A DNA stretch of 64,000 nt from an uncultured delta proteobacterium (GTDB lineage Bacteria; Desulfobacterota; Desulfobacteria; Desulfobacterales; Desulfosalsimonadaceae): positions 448,001 through 512,000 of the forward strand of contig CAWGYD010000006.1 in assembly GCA_963826785.1 (NCBI GenBank). Reading direction: 5' to 3'. The notes below the pieces were generated by a model. It was not told the origin of the DNA and ran no database searches. It saw only the letters and a program-made list of their open reading frames with translations. Each line of letters opens with the position of its first letter. Within the stretch, counting starts at the first letter, position 1. Shown piece by piece: positions 1 to 10,188 of the stretch. A program made the position numbers and the translations under genes.

Positions 1-573
1 ATCGTCAACCGGGTCCAGGCGCCCAGCGCCGTCCTGCTGAATTGCATTCTGGATGAAAAAATCGCCGAACCCGAACAGGTGGATGCGGTGATGCGCAAGC
101 TGGGCATGCCCATGGGCCCCTATGAGACCATGGATTACACCGGGCTCGACATCAACGTGCACGGCTCCAATTACTATGCCCAGGCCATTCACCCGGATTT
201 CGCCCCCGGAAAGACCCTCATGGCCAAATTCAAGGCGGGGGAACTGGGTAAAAAAACGGGCAAAGGTTTTTTCGACTGGTCCGGCGGCCGCCCGAACATC
301 GATGTATCCAAGGCCACGGACAAATTCGATCCCCTGGACCTGGTGGCGGTCAACACCAATGAGGCGGCCAAGATCGTGGAGATGGGCGTATGCTCCTTTG
401 AAGACGTGGATACCGCCATCATCAACGCCACCGGAAATCCCATGGGCCTGATCGCGGTGGCCAAGTCCATGCCACCCGACCAGTTGGCCGGCCGCCTGGA
501 AAATCTTTCCCGGAAATTCAACAAGGAGATCTTTGCGCCCAGCCGGCTGATCCGGGAAGGGGCTTACCGGTAA
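1..573 (+). CDS. 3-hydroxyacyl-CoA dehydrogenase family protein, C-terminal part (5' truncated by window)
   Basis: Frame open from base 1 (IVNRVQAP...). GMPMGPYETMDYTGLD and GELGKKTGKGFFDW motifs of the 3HCDH C-terminal domain; adjacent to an enoyl-CoA hydratase. Confidence 0.9.
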   Translation: MVNRVQAPSAVLLNCILDEKIAEPEQVDAVMRKLGMPMGPYETMDYTGLDINVHGSNYYAQAIHPDFAPGKTLMAKFKAGELGKKTGKGFFDWSGGRPNIDVSKATDKFDPLDLVAVNTNEAAKIVEMGVCSFEDVDTAIINATGNPMGLIAVAKSMPPDQLAGRLENLSRKFNKEIFAPSRLIREGAYR

Positions 574-601
574 CAGATTTAAATCTTCAAGGAGAAATGC
601 C

Positions 602-1369
602 ATGCAGCTCGATACCATGATACTCGACATCAAAGATTACATCGCCACCATCACCTTCAACCGGCCGCCGGCCAACACCTGGAATTTTGCCGCCATGGCC
701 GACTTTGAAAAGGCGCTCGATGCCGTGGAGCAGGACAAGGAGGTCCGGGTGGTGATTCTCACCGGTTCCGGCAGCAAATGCTTTTCCGCCGGTTTTGACG
801 TCACCGACGCCGGCAACCCGGAGACCGGTCCCAAGGGAGAGGCCCTGTGGCGCCGGGTGGACCGCTTCTCCAAGCCCATTATCGCCGCCATGAACGGACA
901 TGCCTACGGCGGCGGGCTGGAGCTGGCCCTGTCCTGTCATTTCCGGATCATGATCGACTCGCCCCAGGCCAAGATCGGCCTGACCGAACTCAACCTGGGC
1001 ATCATTCCCGGCTGGGGCGGCACCCAGCGCATGATGCGGGTGGTGGGCAAGGCCAAAGCGCTGGACATGATCCTGTTTTCCCGGCGGGTGGATGCAACGC
1101 AGGCCCTGGAAATGGGACTGGTCCACCAGATCGCCGCGCTGGAAACCTTCCGGCAGACCGTCGATGACTTTGCGGCAAAAATTGCCGAACGGCCTCCCAT
1201 TGCGGTCCGCTGCGTTCTTGATGCCATGACCGCAGGACTCTACGAAGGGATGGACGCCGGATTGGAAAAGGAGCGGGAAGGAAGCAAGACCGTTTCCCAA
1301 TCCAAAGATGCCATCGAGGGGTTTACGGCCTTTCTGGAGAAGCGCGCCCCTGTGTTCAAGGGAGAGTAG
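602..1369 (+). CDS. Enoyl-CoA hydratase/isomerase (crotonase family)
   Basis: FSAGFD, AYGGGLELALSCHFR, ELNLGIIPGWGGTQR, EGFTAFLEKRAP motifs; AGGAG RBS. Confidence 0.93.
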   Translation: MQLDTMILDIKDYIATITFNRPPANTWNFAAMADFEKALDAVEQDKEVRVVILTGSGSKCFSAGFDVTDAGNPETGPKGEALWRRVDRFSKPIIAAMNGHAYGGGLELALSCHFRIMIDSPQAKIGLTELNLGIIPGWGGTQRMMRVVGKAKALDMILFSRRVDATQALEMGLVHQIAALETFRQTVDDFAAKIAERPPIAVRCVLDAMTAGLYEGMDAGLEKEREGSKTVSQSKDAIEGFTAFLEKRAPVFKGE

Positions 1370-1376
1370 GCTTTTG

Positions 1377-1414
1377 TTTTGAACGGGCCCCGCGGTCCCG
1401 GGACCCGTTCAAAA
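1377..1414 (+). terminator. Intrinsic terminator-like hairpin
   Basis: TTTTGAACGGGcCCCG...CGGGaCCCGTTCAAAA inverted repeat (one mismatch) just after the hydratase stop codon. Confidence 0.7.
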
Positions 1415-1686
1415 ACTGTCCGGTTTGCCATTGTCTTTTGGGCAGTGCTTTTTAGTGTACACCTGTCTACAATTATTTATTCTTTTATCCACCCGCCCCC
1501 CGTTTTTCGGCATCGATTGAGACGCCACCGGCTAACTTTTTCTTCAGACTTCTAAAATTTTTCATTTTTTGATCCGTTTTTAAATTGCGTATTCACGTGG
1601 GAAAAAAGGGTGTTGGGCAGCGAAGCGCTTCTGTTATCAATAGATGATATCGGATTATCGGTATCGAATGCTTTAAAACCGGGGTT

Positions 1687-1703
1687 TTGGCATCGGTTTT
1701 GCT
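1687..1703 (+). promoter_or_regulatory. Sigma-54 (-24/-12) promoter candidate
   Basis: TTGGCATCGGTTTTGCT has GG-N10-GC spacing and matches TGGCAC-N5-TTGCW; about 65 bp upstream of the probable diguanylate cyclase start. Confidence 0.65.
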
Positions 1704-1768
1704 TGCTTATTCGCGAGTGTTTCAGAAGTTTTCCGACCACCCTTCTTAAACGGCCGATGAGGAGGTTG

Positions 1769-2959
1769 ATGCAAAAGAATCCATTTCCCCACCAGATTGT
1801 TTCCCGGTTTATCGAAGAATATGAACGCAGAAAACATGTCAACGGACAGCCCTGCCGAATGAACGGCTCAGAACTGCTCAAAATCATGAAAATGAATGAT
1901 TTTGAGGCGGTTATGCAGCACATGAAGGAAAATGAGGCTATCTGCCGCAAGTTTTTAGACATTGAATCCTCCATTTTAAACATTGCCAGCCTCAGAGACT
2001 TCTTCGATATCCTGCTGACCGGGGTATCCAACACCTTCGATATCCCCTATGTCTGGCTGACCGCAATCGAGGGCACAAGTCTGGCGGACCTGATCAAGAG
2101 CCAGGAAGAAGCAGACGTCATCTGGCCGAAAGTCAATTTCATCAGCGCCGGCGATTATAAGAAATTCACTAAAAACAGCGGCAAGCCGGTCCTGGCGAAT
2201 AAATATCTGACGCCCTATGCGGTATTTTTCCCGCAGGATCGTGATCTTCCCATGCGGTCTCTGGCCATTGCCCCGGTATATGTCGACGGCCAACTGGCGG
2301 GAAGCCTGAACCTGGGGGATTATACCTCCACCCGGTTTCATCCGGATATGGACACCTCCCTGCTCGAACAACTCATGGTCAAGATATCCCTGTGCCTGTC
2401 AAATGTCTGCGCCCATGAAAGACTGCATTTTTTCGCAAGTCATGACGCCCTGACCGGCCTGCTGAACCGGGGCGCCTTTGAAAATGCGCTTCACAGGGAA
2501 TTCAGCCGTTCCCGCCGTCACAACAGCGACCTGACCCTGGTATTCATCGATATCGACGGATTTAAGCAGATCAATGACCGGTACGGGCATGAATGCGGGG
2601 ATGCGGTTTTAAAATATGTCGGCCGTAATCTGGAAGCGTCGAGCCGGCGGGAGGATATCCCGGCCCGGTTTGCCGGCGATGAGTTCGTCCTGATACTGCC
2701 CGAGACCCGGTCCGAGGCGTCTGAGTCCATGATGGATCGGATTCAAAGACATTTGGATGAAAATCCCTTGATTTACAAGGGCGTTAAACTGTCCATCTCT
2801 TTGACCTACGGCATTGCTTCCATGGATGAGAAAGGGGTGCTCCGCCCCGACCAGCTGCTCAAGTTCGCAGATGACCGGCTTTATGTCTCCAAGGGGACCA
2901 AGATCAAGGATGTGTCGATTCCGCTGCATCCCCGGGTGGTTCAGGCGAAAGCCTCTTAG
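1769..2959 (+). CDS. Sensor (DUF484/GAF-like) diguanylate cyclase
   Basis: HDALTGLLNR, FIDIDGFKQINDRYGHECGD, RxxD I-site (RRED) five residues before a variant AGDEF active site. Start chosen at ATG after GAGGAGG; 1886 is an alternative. Confidence 0.88.
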   Translation: MQKNPFPHQIVSRFIEEYERRKHVNGQPCRMNGSELLKIMKMNDFEAVMQHMKENEAICRKFLDIESSILNIASLRDFFDILLTGVSNTFDIPYVWLTAIEGTSLADLIKSQEEADVIWPKVNFISAGDYKKFTKNSGKPVLANKYLTPYAVFFPQDRDLPMRSLAIAPVYVDGQLAGSLNLGDYTSTRFHPDMDTSLLEQLMVKISLCLSNVCAHERLHFFASHDALTGLLNRGAFENALHREFSRSRRHNSDLTLVFIDIDGFKQINDRYGHECGDAVLKYVGRNLEASSRREDIPARFAGDEFVLILPETRSEASESMMDRIQRHLDENPLIYKGVKLSISLTYGIASMDEKGVLRPDQLLKFADDRLYVSKGTKIKDVSIPLHPRVVQAKAS

Positions 2960-2986
2960 GGCCGGTGGGATTGTTGCTTTTGCGGT

Positions 2987-3427
2987 CTATGAACTGAGGC
3001 AGCATTGTTGTTCCCCCAGGTCTTTTTCATAATATCGGGCTTCGATCAGGTTATGCTCCGGGTCCCTGAAGTAGATTGAGGTGCCGGCGCCGTGCGCTCC
3101 CCAGCGGGGGACCGGGCCTTCTTCGATGGGGATGCCCTTTTTTTCCAGGCGGTTCTTCAGGTCCTCCCATACGTCTCTGTCCATGGCCATGCAGAAGTGG
3201 TTCATGTTCTCCCGTCCTTTTCCCGAAGGTGCGTTTTTGCCCCACATGGACTTCGGGAACAGGTCGATGATGGTGTCCGCATTTAACCGCACGGAGGGAA
3301 AAGGCACCTTTCCCGCCCGGTATTCCGCCATCCGTTCGGCCGGCAGCGCAAGTACATGCGTATAAAAATCAATCATCCGGTCGTCATCTTCCACATTGAT
3401 CACGATGTGATCCATCCGGCATTCCAC
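2987..3427 (-). CDS. VOC (glyoxalase-like) family protein
   Basis: MDHIVINVED, NHFC, SIYFRDPEHNLIE motifs; GTG start after GGAGGGAG; C-terminal CC. Confidence 0.85.
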   Translation of the reverse strand: MECRMDHIVINVEDDDRMIDFYTHVLALPAERMAEYRAGKVPFPSVRLNADTIIDLFPKSMWGKNAPSGKGRENMNHFCMAMDRDVWEDLKNRLEKKGIPIEEGPVPRWGAHGAGTSIYFRDPEHNLIEARYYEKDLGEQQCCLSS

Positions 3428-3769
3428 AGGCTTCTCCCTCCCATCCAAGACTGTTTTTAAATTATCCCATCCATTTGTATTCCTGCTCCAAAAAAGGTTA
3501 ACCCCAAGGGGATCAGCGGTCAAACATGTGGCGCTGTTCCAGACTTTTCGCTTTCATCCGCCGTCTGATGCAGGTCCAGCCCGGCAGGATATCCCCGGTG
3601 AGATGGCTCACCAGCGGGCTTTTGACCGGCCAGCTTGTTTTTCGTCAATATAAATTGAGCAAGCGTTCGTTTTTTTACTTTGCGGCCGCATTTGCATTTG
3701 TAGTTTGGCATCTTATCTGATAATTTTTCCAAACAAACCTGTTCAGTGGATCATTACGGAGAATCGAAA

Positions 3770-4658
3770 ATGCCTGAAGAAAAGCACTTCGGCCCCATCT
3801 GGTTCATCCCCGGCCCGAACAAGGGGAAATACCCCCACTGCCACTCGATCTACATCGAAGGGGCGGGCATTCTCATCGATCCGGCGGCCGACAGGGACAG
3901 GCTCATATCGCTCAAAAAAGATCCCGGCGTAAAAATGGTGTGGCTGAGCCACGCCCATGAGGATCATTTCACCCATCTCGATCTGTTCGAAGACGTGCCC
4001 CTGTGGACCTCATGCCGCAGATGCCCTCCCCCTTCAAAGCATGGATGGTTTCCTGGACGCCTATGGCATGTCAGGGGAGATGCGGGAAGGTTTTAAACTC
4101 TTTTTTGAGCAGCAGTTTCATTTCAGGCCCCGAAAGCCCCACCGGCTGCTTTCAGACGGTGAGATCATTGACCTGGCGGGCGGGGAGCAGGTGGAGATCA
4201 TCCATACCCCCGGCCACACCCCCGGGCATCTGGCCTTTCATTTCAAAAAGACCGGTATCCTCTTTTTAGGCGACTATGACCTCACCCCCTTTGGCCCCTG
4301 GTACGGCGATACGCTCTCCAGCATCGAGGATACCCTGGCCTCCATCTCCCGCCTTCAGTCCATTCCGGCAAGTATTTGGCTGACCTGTCATGAAGCGGGT
4401 ATTTTTGAAAACCCGCCCGGAGAGAAATGGGGGGCCTATGCCGGGGTGATCGATCAGCGGGACCAGAAGCTGCTCGATTTTCTGGATGCGCCCAAAACCC
4501 TGGCGGAGATCGCCCGGGCCTGGATCGTCTATGGCAAGCCCCGGCAGCCGGCGGAATTTTTTCTGTTCGGCGAGCGGGCCATCATGGAAAAGCATGTGGA
4601 CCGGCTTTTGCGCCGAGGCCGGATCGCCCGGCAGGGCGAGCGGTTGGCAAGGCTGTAA
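3770..4658 (+). CDS. MBL-fold metallo-hydrolase (one +1 frameshift near 4010)
   Basis: SHAHEDH in the first frame; HTPGHTPGH and FLGDYD in the second. Removing one base at about 4010 joins them (W-T-H-A-A-D). Confidence 0.85.
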
Positions 4659-4798
4659 GATTTTTTGCCAAAGCCGATATCACCTTTCCGCGGCAGTGGG
4701 TGCCGCATCTTTGAAAAAGCTGATCAACATGCGCTATTTTCAGGATATGGGCTATTTTTTCACCCGGTCTCTGCTGCGGCGCATCTAAGGACTGCGAT

Positions 4799-5623
4799 AT
4801 GAATATTTTTGAGGGTAAAAACATCATCATCACCGGCGGATCATCGGGGGTGGGACGGGTGCTGGCCAACCGGCTGGCCGGCCGGGGCGGCCATATCGCC
4901 CTGGTGGCAAGAAACATCGCCAAACTTGAAGAAACAGCAGCCGAAATCCGATCCGCCGCCGCTCCCCATCAGCGTATCATGACGTTTTCCTGCGATGTGG
5001 CCGATGCGGACGCGGTGGAACAGGCATTTAACCAGATCGCCAGTGAATGGGGAACCCCGCACATCCTGATCAATTCCGCCGGCATCCTCCGGGAGGGGTA
5101 TTTCGAACATCAGGGGACGGATACCTTCCGGGAGGTCATGGACATCAATTTCTTCGGAACCCTGCACTGCACCCGGGCGGTCCTGCCGTTTTTCAAAGAA
5201 TCCGGGGGCGGTCGGATCGTCAACATCGCCTCGGTGGCCGGGATGATGGGGGTGTTCGGCTACGCCGCCTACTGCGCCTCCAAGCACGCCGTCATCGGCC
5301 TGACCGCCTCCCTGCGCGCGGAGCTCAAGGCGCAGAATATCACTTTCCACCTGGTCTGCCCGCCGGAATTTGACTCCCCCATGGTGGATGCCGTCAATGT
5401 CGACCGCACTCCGGAAAACAAGATGATGGCCCAGACCATCCCCGTCATGACCGCCGAGGCGGTAGCCGACGCGGTGATCCGGGGGATCGAGCAGAATCGT
5501 TTCCATATCATTCCCGGATTGACGGCCCGGGCGCTGACCGCGTTGGATCGTTATTTTCCGGCACTGGGCCGCGCCATTGTCGATTTCAAGATCAAGCGAT
5601 GCTACCGGGGTCCGCAGAAATGA
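4799..5623 (+). CDS. SDR family oxidoreductase
   Basis: TGGSSGVG, NSAG and YCASK catalytic motif. Confidence 0.93.
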   Translation: MNIFEGKNIIITGGSSGVGRVLANRLAGRGGHIALVARNIAKLEETAAEIRSAAAPHQRIMTFSCDVADADAVEQAFNQIASEWGTPHILINSAGILREGYFEHQGTDTFREVMDINFFGTLHCTRAVLPFFKESGGGRIVNIASVAGMMGVFGYAAYCASKHAVIGLTASLRAELKAQNITFHLVCPPEFDSPMVDAVNVDRTPENKMMAQTIPVMTAEAVADAVIRGIEQNRFHIIPGLTARALTALDRYFPALGRAIVDFKIKRCYRGPQK

Positions 5624-6909
5624 GCGACTCCGGAAAAATCGGCTACTGGGAGGTCACCGCCATCGGGGTGGGCGGCATGGTGGGGGGCGGGATTTTTGCC
5701 GTGCTGGGGCTTTCGGTGGATCTGGCCCGCGGGGGCGCACCCGCGGCCTTCCTGATCGCGGGGATAGTGGCCCTGGTCACCTCCTATTCCTACACCCGGC
5801 TTTCCGTCGCCCTTCCCAGCCAGGGCGGCACCGTGGCCTTCCTGGACAAGGCATTCGGGCCCGGGCTGCTGACCGGGAGCACCAATATCCTGCTCTGGAT
5901 CAGCTATATCGTCATGCTTTCCCTGTATGCCTATGCCTTTGGCAGCTACGGCGCCTCCCTGTTTCCGGCGGCCTCACAGACGTTCTGGAAGCATGTCCTG
6001 ATCAGCGGCAGCATCATCGGCATCACCGGCTTGAACCTGCTGAGCGCCAAGCTGATCGGCGAGGTGGAGGACTGGATCGTGCTGATCAAGCTGGCCATCC
6101 TGGTGCTTTTCATTGTCGCGGGCATCGCCGGCATCGACAGCGCCCGGCTGGCGCCGTCCGCGTGGTCGCCCCCCCTGAACGTGGCGGCCGGCGGCATGAT
6201 CATCTTTCTGGCCTACGAGGGATTCGAGCTGATCGCCAACAGCGCCCAGGATGTGCGCACCCCGGCCAAGACCCTGCCCCGGGCCTTCTATTCGGCGGTC
6301 GTGTTTGTGATCATCCTCTATGTGCTCATCGCGGTGGTCACCGTGGGGACCCTTCCCGCCGACAAGATCGTGGCCGCCAAGGACTACGCCCTGGCGGAGG
6401 CGGCCAAACCCTTTCTGGGGGAAAAGGGATTTCTGCTCATCGCCATCGCCGCCATGCTGTCGACGGCCTCGGCCATCAATGCCACAATTTACGGCGCCGC
6501 CCGGCTGAGCTACATCATCGCCAAAGACGGGGAATTGCCTGATTTCCTGGAAAGAAAAACCTGGAATGAACCGATGGGCGGACTGATCATCACGTCGCTC
6601 TCCACCCTGCTGCTCGCCAATCTGGTCAACCTGTCCAGCATGTCCACCATGGGAAGCGCCGGATTCCTGCTGATCTTTGCAGCGGTAAACGCGGCCAATG
6701 CGGTTTTGGCCAGCAAAACCGGGAGCAGGGCCTGGCTGGCCTGGACCGGGGCGGTGCTCTGCCTCGGTGCCCTGGTGACCCTGCTCTGGCAGACGGCAAT
6801 CCGTTCGCCGCATGAACTCTGGATCCTGTTTGTGATGATCGGGATTTCATTTACCATTGAGGCTGTGTTTCGGCTGACCACAGAACGCAAAATTTCACTG
6901 AACAAATGA
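5620..6909 (+). CDS. APC family amino acid permease
   Basis: GVGGMVGGGIF and FLAYEGFELIAN motifs; many TM segments; ATGA overlap with the SDR gene. Confidence 0.92.
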   Translation: MSDSGKIGYWEVTAIGVGGMVGGGIFAVLGLSVDLARGGAPAAFLIAGIVALVTSYSYTRLSVALPSQGGTVAFLDKAFGPGLLTGSTNILLWISYIVMLSLYAYAFGSYGASLFPAASQTFWKHVLISGSIIGITGLNLLSAKLIGEVEDWIVLIKLAILVLFIVAGIAGIDSARLAPSAWSPPLNVAAGGMIIFLAYEGFELIANSAQDVRTPAKTLPRAFYSAVVFVIILYVLIAVVTVGTLPADKIVAAKDYALAEAAKPFLGEKGFLLIAIAAMLSTASAINATIYGAARLSYIIAKDGELPDFLERKTWNEPMGGLIITSLSTLLLANLVNLSSMSTMGSAGFLLIFAAVNAANAVLASKTGSRAWLAWTGAVLCLGALVTLLWQTAIRSPHELWILFVMIGISFTIEAVFRLTTERKISLNK

Positions 6910-6982
6910 AAACCGGACTTGTCATCACGATATCGGTGACCTTCGGGCGAATTGGCTTTTACGCGTTTACAGGAGTTTACAG

Positions 6983-7615
6983 ATGACCATCAAGGCAGTC
7001 ATTTTTGACCTGGGCGGGGTGATCCTCGATTCCCCCATGGCGATATTTGCCGCATTTGAGGAAAAGCGCGGACTGCCCGCCAATTTTTTAAACCGGCTCA
7101 TTGTGGACAGCGGCGATGCCGGCGCGTGGGCCCGCCTGGAGCGGGGGGAGCTTACCCTGGATCAGTTTTTCGATGTCTTTGACCGGGAAATTCAGGCAGC
7201 CGGGGCCGACATCTCCAGCCGGGAACTGATGGGGGCGGTCTATGACACGGTTTCCGTCCGCCCGGAAATGCTGGAAGCGGTTCACCGGCTGCGCGATTTG
7301 GGTTTCAAAGTGGCCGCCCTTACCAACAACTGGATCGATGCGGACGCCCCGCCCGAAGTGGCCCAATTCAAGGCGGAATTTGACGTGTTTGTGGAATCGA
7401 GCAAAACCGGGATGGCCAAGCCGGATCCGAGAATCTATCGGCTGGTGCTGGAAGAACTGGGCATCGCCCCGGAGCAGGCGGTCTTCCTGGATGATCTTGG
7501 CCGGAACCTGAAGCCGGCACGGCAGATGGGGATGGCCACCATCAAGGTCGAATCCGTAAAACAGGCCCTGGCCGAACTGGAAGATGTACTGGGGATGAAA
7601 CTTGCGGGTGCATAA
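6983..7615 (+). CDS. HAD family phosphatase
   Basis: IFDLGGV, LTNNW, KPDPRIY, FLDDLGRNL motifs. Confidence 0.92.
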   Translation: MTIKAVIFDLGGVILDSPMAIFAAFEEKRGLPANFLNRLIVDSGDAGAWARLERGELTLDQFFDVFDREIQAAGADISSRELMGAVYDTVSVRPEMLEAVHRLRDLGFKVAALTNNWIDADAPPEVAQFKAEFDVFVESSKTGMAKPDPRIYRLVLEELGIAPEQAVFLDDLGRNLKPARQMGMATIKVESVKQALAELEDVLGMKLAGA

Positions 7616-7618
7616 GGC

Positions 7619-9217
7619 ATGACCGGTCCCATGGACACATTCAATCATATCCGAAAGGCCATGGCCGACCCGGCGTTTTATCCCCATGCGGTCTCCGGGC
7701 TGCAAGAGCGGGAGACGACCATCTCGGTGGTCTTCCTGACGGGTGATTGGGTCTACAAGCTCAAAAAACCGCTGAACCTGGGCTTTCTTGATTTTACCCG
7801 CTTAGAATCGCGAAAATATTACAGCCATCAGGAAGTGGCGCTCAACCGCCGGCTCGCGTTTGAAATGTATGAGGGGGTTGATACCATCACCGTCGAGTCC
7901 GGCGGCGGATTTGCCCTGAACGGATCGGGTGATCCGGTGGAGTACGCGGTGAAGATGCGGCAGCTGCCAGAGGGCGCCAGCCTGCAGTCGCACATCCTGG
8001 CAGGCACGGCCGCTTCCGGCCGGATCCGTGACTTGGGCCGATACCTGGCTGATTTCTATCAAAGGGCCCGATCGAGCGATGAAATATCGGCCAATGGCCG
8101 GTGGAAAGCCATATCTGCCCAGGTGATGGAAAATTTCGACCAGACCGCCCCCCATGCGGGAAAATGTTTTCCGGAATCCGGGTGGGATACGATCCGGGAT
8201 GCGAGCGCCCGCTTCATGGCAGAAAACCGGGCGCTGTTTGCCCGACGGGTAAAAGACGGCATGATCCGGGACGGCCACGGGGATTTAAGATCCGAACACG
8301 TTTATTTTCTGGATCAGATCCACATCATCGACTGCGTGGAGTTCAACACCCGCTACCGGTATATCGACGCGGCTTCGGACATGGCTTTTCTGTTCATGGA
8401 TCTGGAATCCATGGGCGCGATGGATTCTGCCCTGGAGGTGATCCGGGCCTACGCGCAGGCGGCCGATGATGACCGGATATACCGGATGATCGATTTTTAT
8501 GCCTGTTACCGCGCCATGGTGCGCTTCAAGGTCAACTGCTTTCTGCTGGAGCAGGTCGCATCGGACAAGATCAAAAAGCGCATCGATCTTTATCTGACCC
8601 TGGCGCATCGATATGCCCGACGGATGAACCGTCCCGTGCTTTGGGGGGTGTGCGGTCTGCCCGCCTCCGGCAAAAGCACCCTGGCGCTCCGCCTGTCGGA
8701 TTTCTATGAGACGCCCCGGCTGAGCACGGATGAGATCCGCAAAGAAAACGGGCCTGCAGGGGCAGAAGGTTCAACGCCAAACGCATATGGAAAGGGTAAA
8801 TACGATCTGGCATCCAAGACGAGCATCTATCGCAAAATGATGGATGCGGCAGGGGAAATGCTGCGAAAAAACCGGTCCGTGGTGCTGGATGCCACTTTTT
8901 CACGGCGAAAGTGGCGCGATATGGCCGCCGAATGCGCGCATAATGCGGGTGCCGCCCTGGTTTTTGCCGAATGCCGGGCGGATGAAGCAGAACTTGCGCG
9001 CCGGCTCAAGAAGCGGGATTCCGCTGCGGGTTTATCGGATGCCCGCTTGCGTCACCTCCCTGAATTTATAAAAAACTTCGAGCCGCTGGACGAACTCGGA
9101 GAAGACCACCGGGTGATCGTGGATACAGGTCTGCCGGAAAATGAAGCCTGGCAGTCCCTGCTGGCAGGCCAGTACGCCGCAATCTGCCGGCAGGAGCAGG
9201 TCCCGAAACCCGCTTGA
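7619..9217 (+). CDS. Aminoglycoside-phosphotransferase-like kinase fused to P-loop ATPase (Rv2004c/COG2187-like)
   Basis: VYKLKKPLNLGFLDF, RDGHGDLRSEH, IIDCVEFN; C-terminal GLPASGKST Walker A and VVLDATF. Confidence 0.88.
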   Translation: MTGPMDTFNHIRKAMADPAFYPHAVSGLQERETTISVVFLTGDWVYKLKKPLNLGFLDFTRLESRKYYSHQEVALNRRLAFEMYEGVDTITVESGGGFALNGSGDPVEYAVKMRQLPEGASLQSHILAGTAASGRIRDLGRYLADFYQRARSSDEISANGRWKAISAQVMENFDQTAPHAGKCFPESGWDTIRDASARFMAENRALFARRVKDGMIRDGHGDLRSEHVYFLDQIHIIDCVEFNTRYRYIDAASDMAFLFMDLESMGAMDSALEVIRAYAQAADDDRIYRMIDFYACYRAMVRFKVNCFLLEQVASDKIKKRIDLYLTLAHRYARRMNRPVLWGVCGLPASGKSTLALRLSDFYETPRLSTDEIRKENGPAGAEGSTPNAYGKGKYDLASKTSIYRKMMDAAGEMLRKNRSVVLDATFSRRKWRDMAAECAHNAGAALVFAECRADEAELARRLKKRDSAAGLSDARLRHLPEFIKNFEPLDELGEDHRVIVDTGLPENEAWQSLLAGQYAAICRQEQVPKPA

Positions 9218-9250
9218 CGCTGTTTGGGCGTCAAAACGCGTCTTTTCCGG

Positions 9251-9823
9251 TTACCACCAGGCATTGGGATAGGGGTGGCGGTATCTCCAAAAGGGGTCGG
9301 GGCTCGGCCAGGGATAGGGATAGTAGGGCGAATACGGGTAATAGGGATAATTGTAGTAGCGCGCCTGACTTTCCGGCTCCCATAAGTACAGGTCGATGGC
9401 ATTGATTACCAGGAGAGGATAGGTGTAGCGGTCGATTTTCCGCTTCTCTGCGCCCTTGACCGTTCCGGCCACGGTGACTTTCCTGTTTTTTTCATATACC
9501 GCCGGATCCAGAAAACCGTCATATACCACCATAAACCGGCCCTGGGACAAATCCCGGGCTTTGGGTTGGTCTTCATAGCCCAGCGGCGTCTGGAGCACCA
9601 GAAGCCGGGTCTGATCGGCCATGTTCTGGACCTCGATGATATAGCCCCCCAGGATAACGGTCTTGCCGATATACTGATCCGCGTTCTGGACCAATTGATT
9701 GAAATCCACATCCTTTACTGCCTCACTCCTGATGTTCTTGGGGATTACCGAGCAGGATGCCGCCATCAGCGGCAGCAGGGCAAACAAACAGAGACTCCGG
9801 ATTCGATTGAATTGTGCGTTCAT
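9251..9823 (-). CDS. Slp family outer-membrane lipoprotein
   Basis: Lipobox MAASC; ILGGYI, GRF, GFLDPAVY, VTVAG motifs; Tyr/Pro-rich tail. Confidence 0.88.
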   Translation of the reverse strand: MNAQFNRIRSLCLFALLPLMAASCSVIPKNIRSEAVKDVDFNQLVQNADQYIGKTVILGGYIIEVQNMADQTRLLVLQTPLGYEDQPKARDLSQGRFMVVYDGFLDPAVYEKNRKVTVAGTVKGAEKRKIDRYTYPLLVINAIDLYLWEPESQARYYNYPYYPYSPYYPYPWPSPDPFWRYRHPYPNAWW

Positions 9824-10188
9824 GAAACGCCCCTTTTTTGTTTTTTGGTGAGAGTGCCGGAACGAAATATGGCATCATCCGATTCGATGCGGTCAATCAG
9901 AATTCTTGATGCTTACTCCATTGTTGATGAAGCCGTAAAAGTCGGATTTCTCTCTTTCGTAAATCCGGCAACGCCGTGAACCAGAATCTGCATTTGCGTT
10001 CGGGCAATGATCTATAGCAATAATCTCTTTTTTTCGGCCTGTAAACCCGTGGACCCGGATAGTCCGCAGCCGCCGTACAAAGCGTTTAGTTCTTGCACCC
10101 GGTCGATGCATATGATAGAAAAAATTAATATTTTTCAATTAAAACATATATTAAAAAATATGATTTTCAAAATCAGCCGGGGAGGAAA

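Noticed and set aside
9917..9980. Possible remnant of a palindromic repeat (GATGAAGCCGTAAAAGTC...)
   Set aside because: No partner end or second copy in the window.
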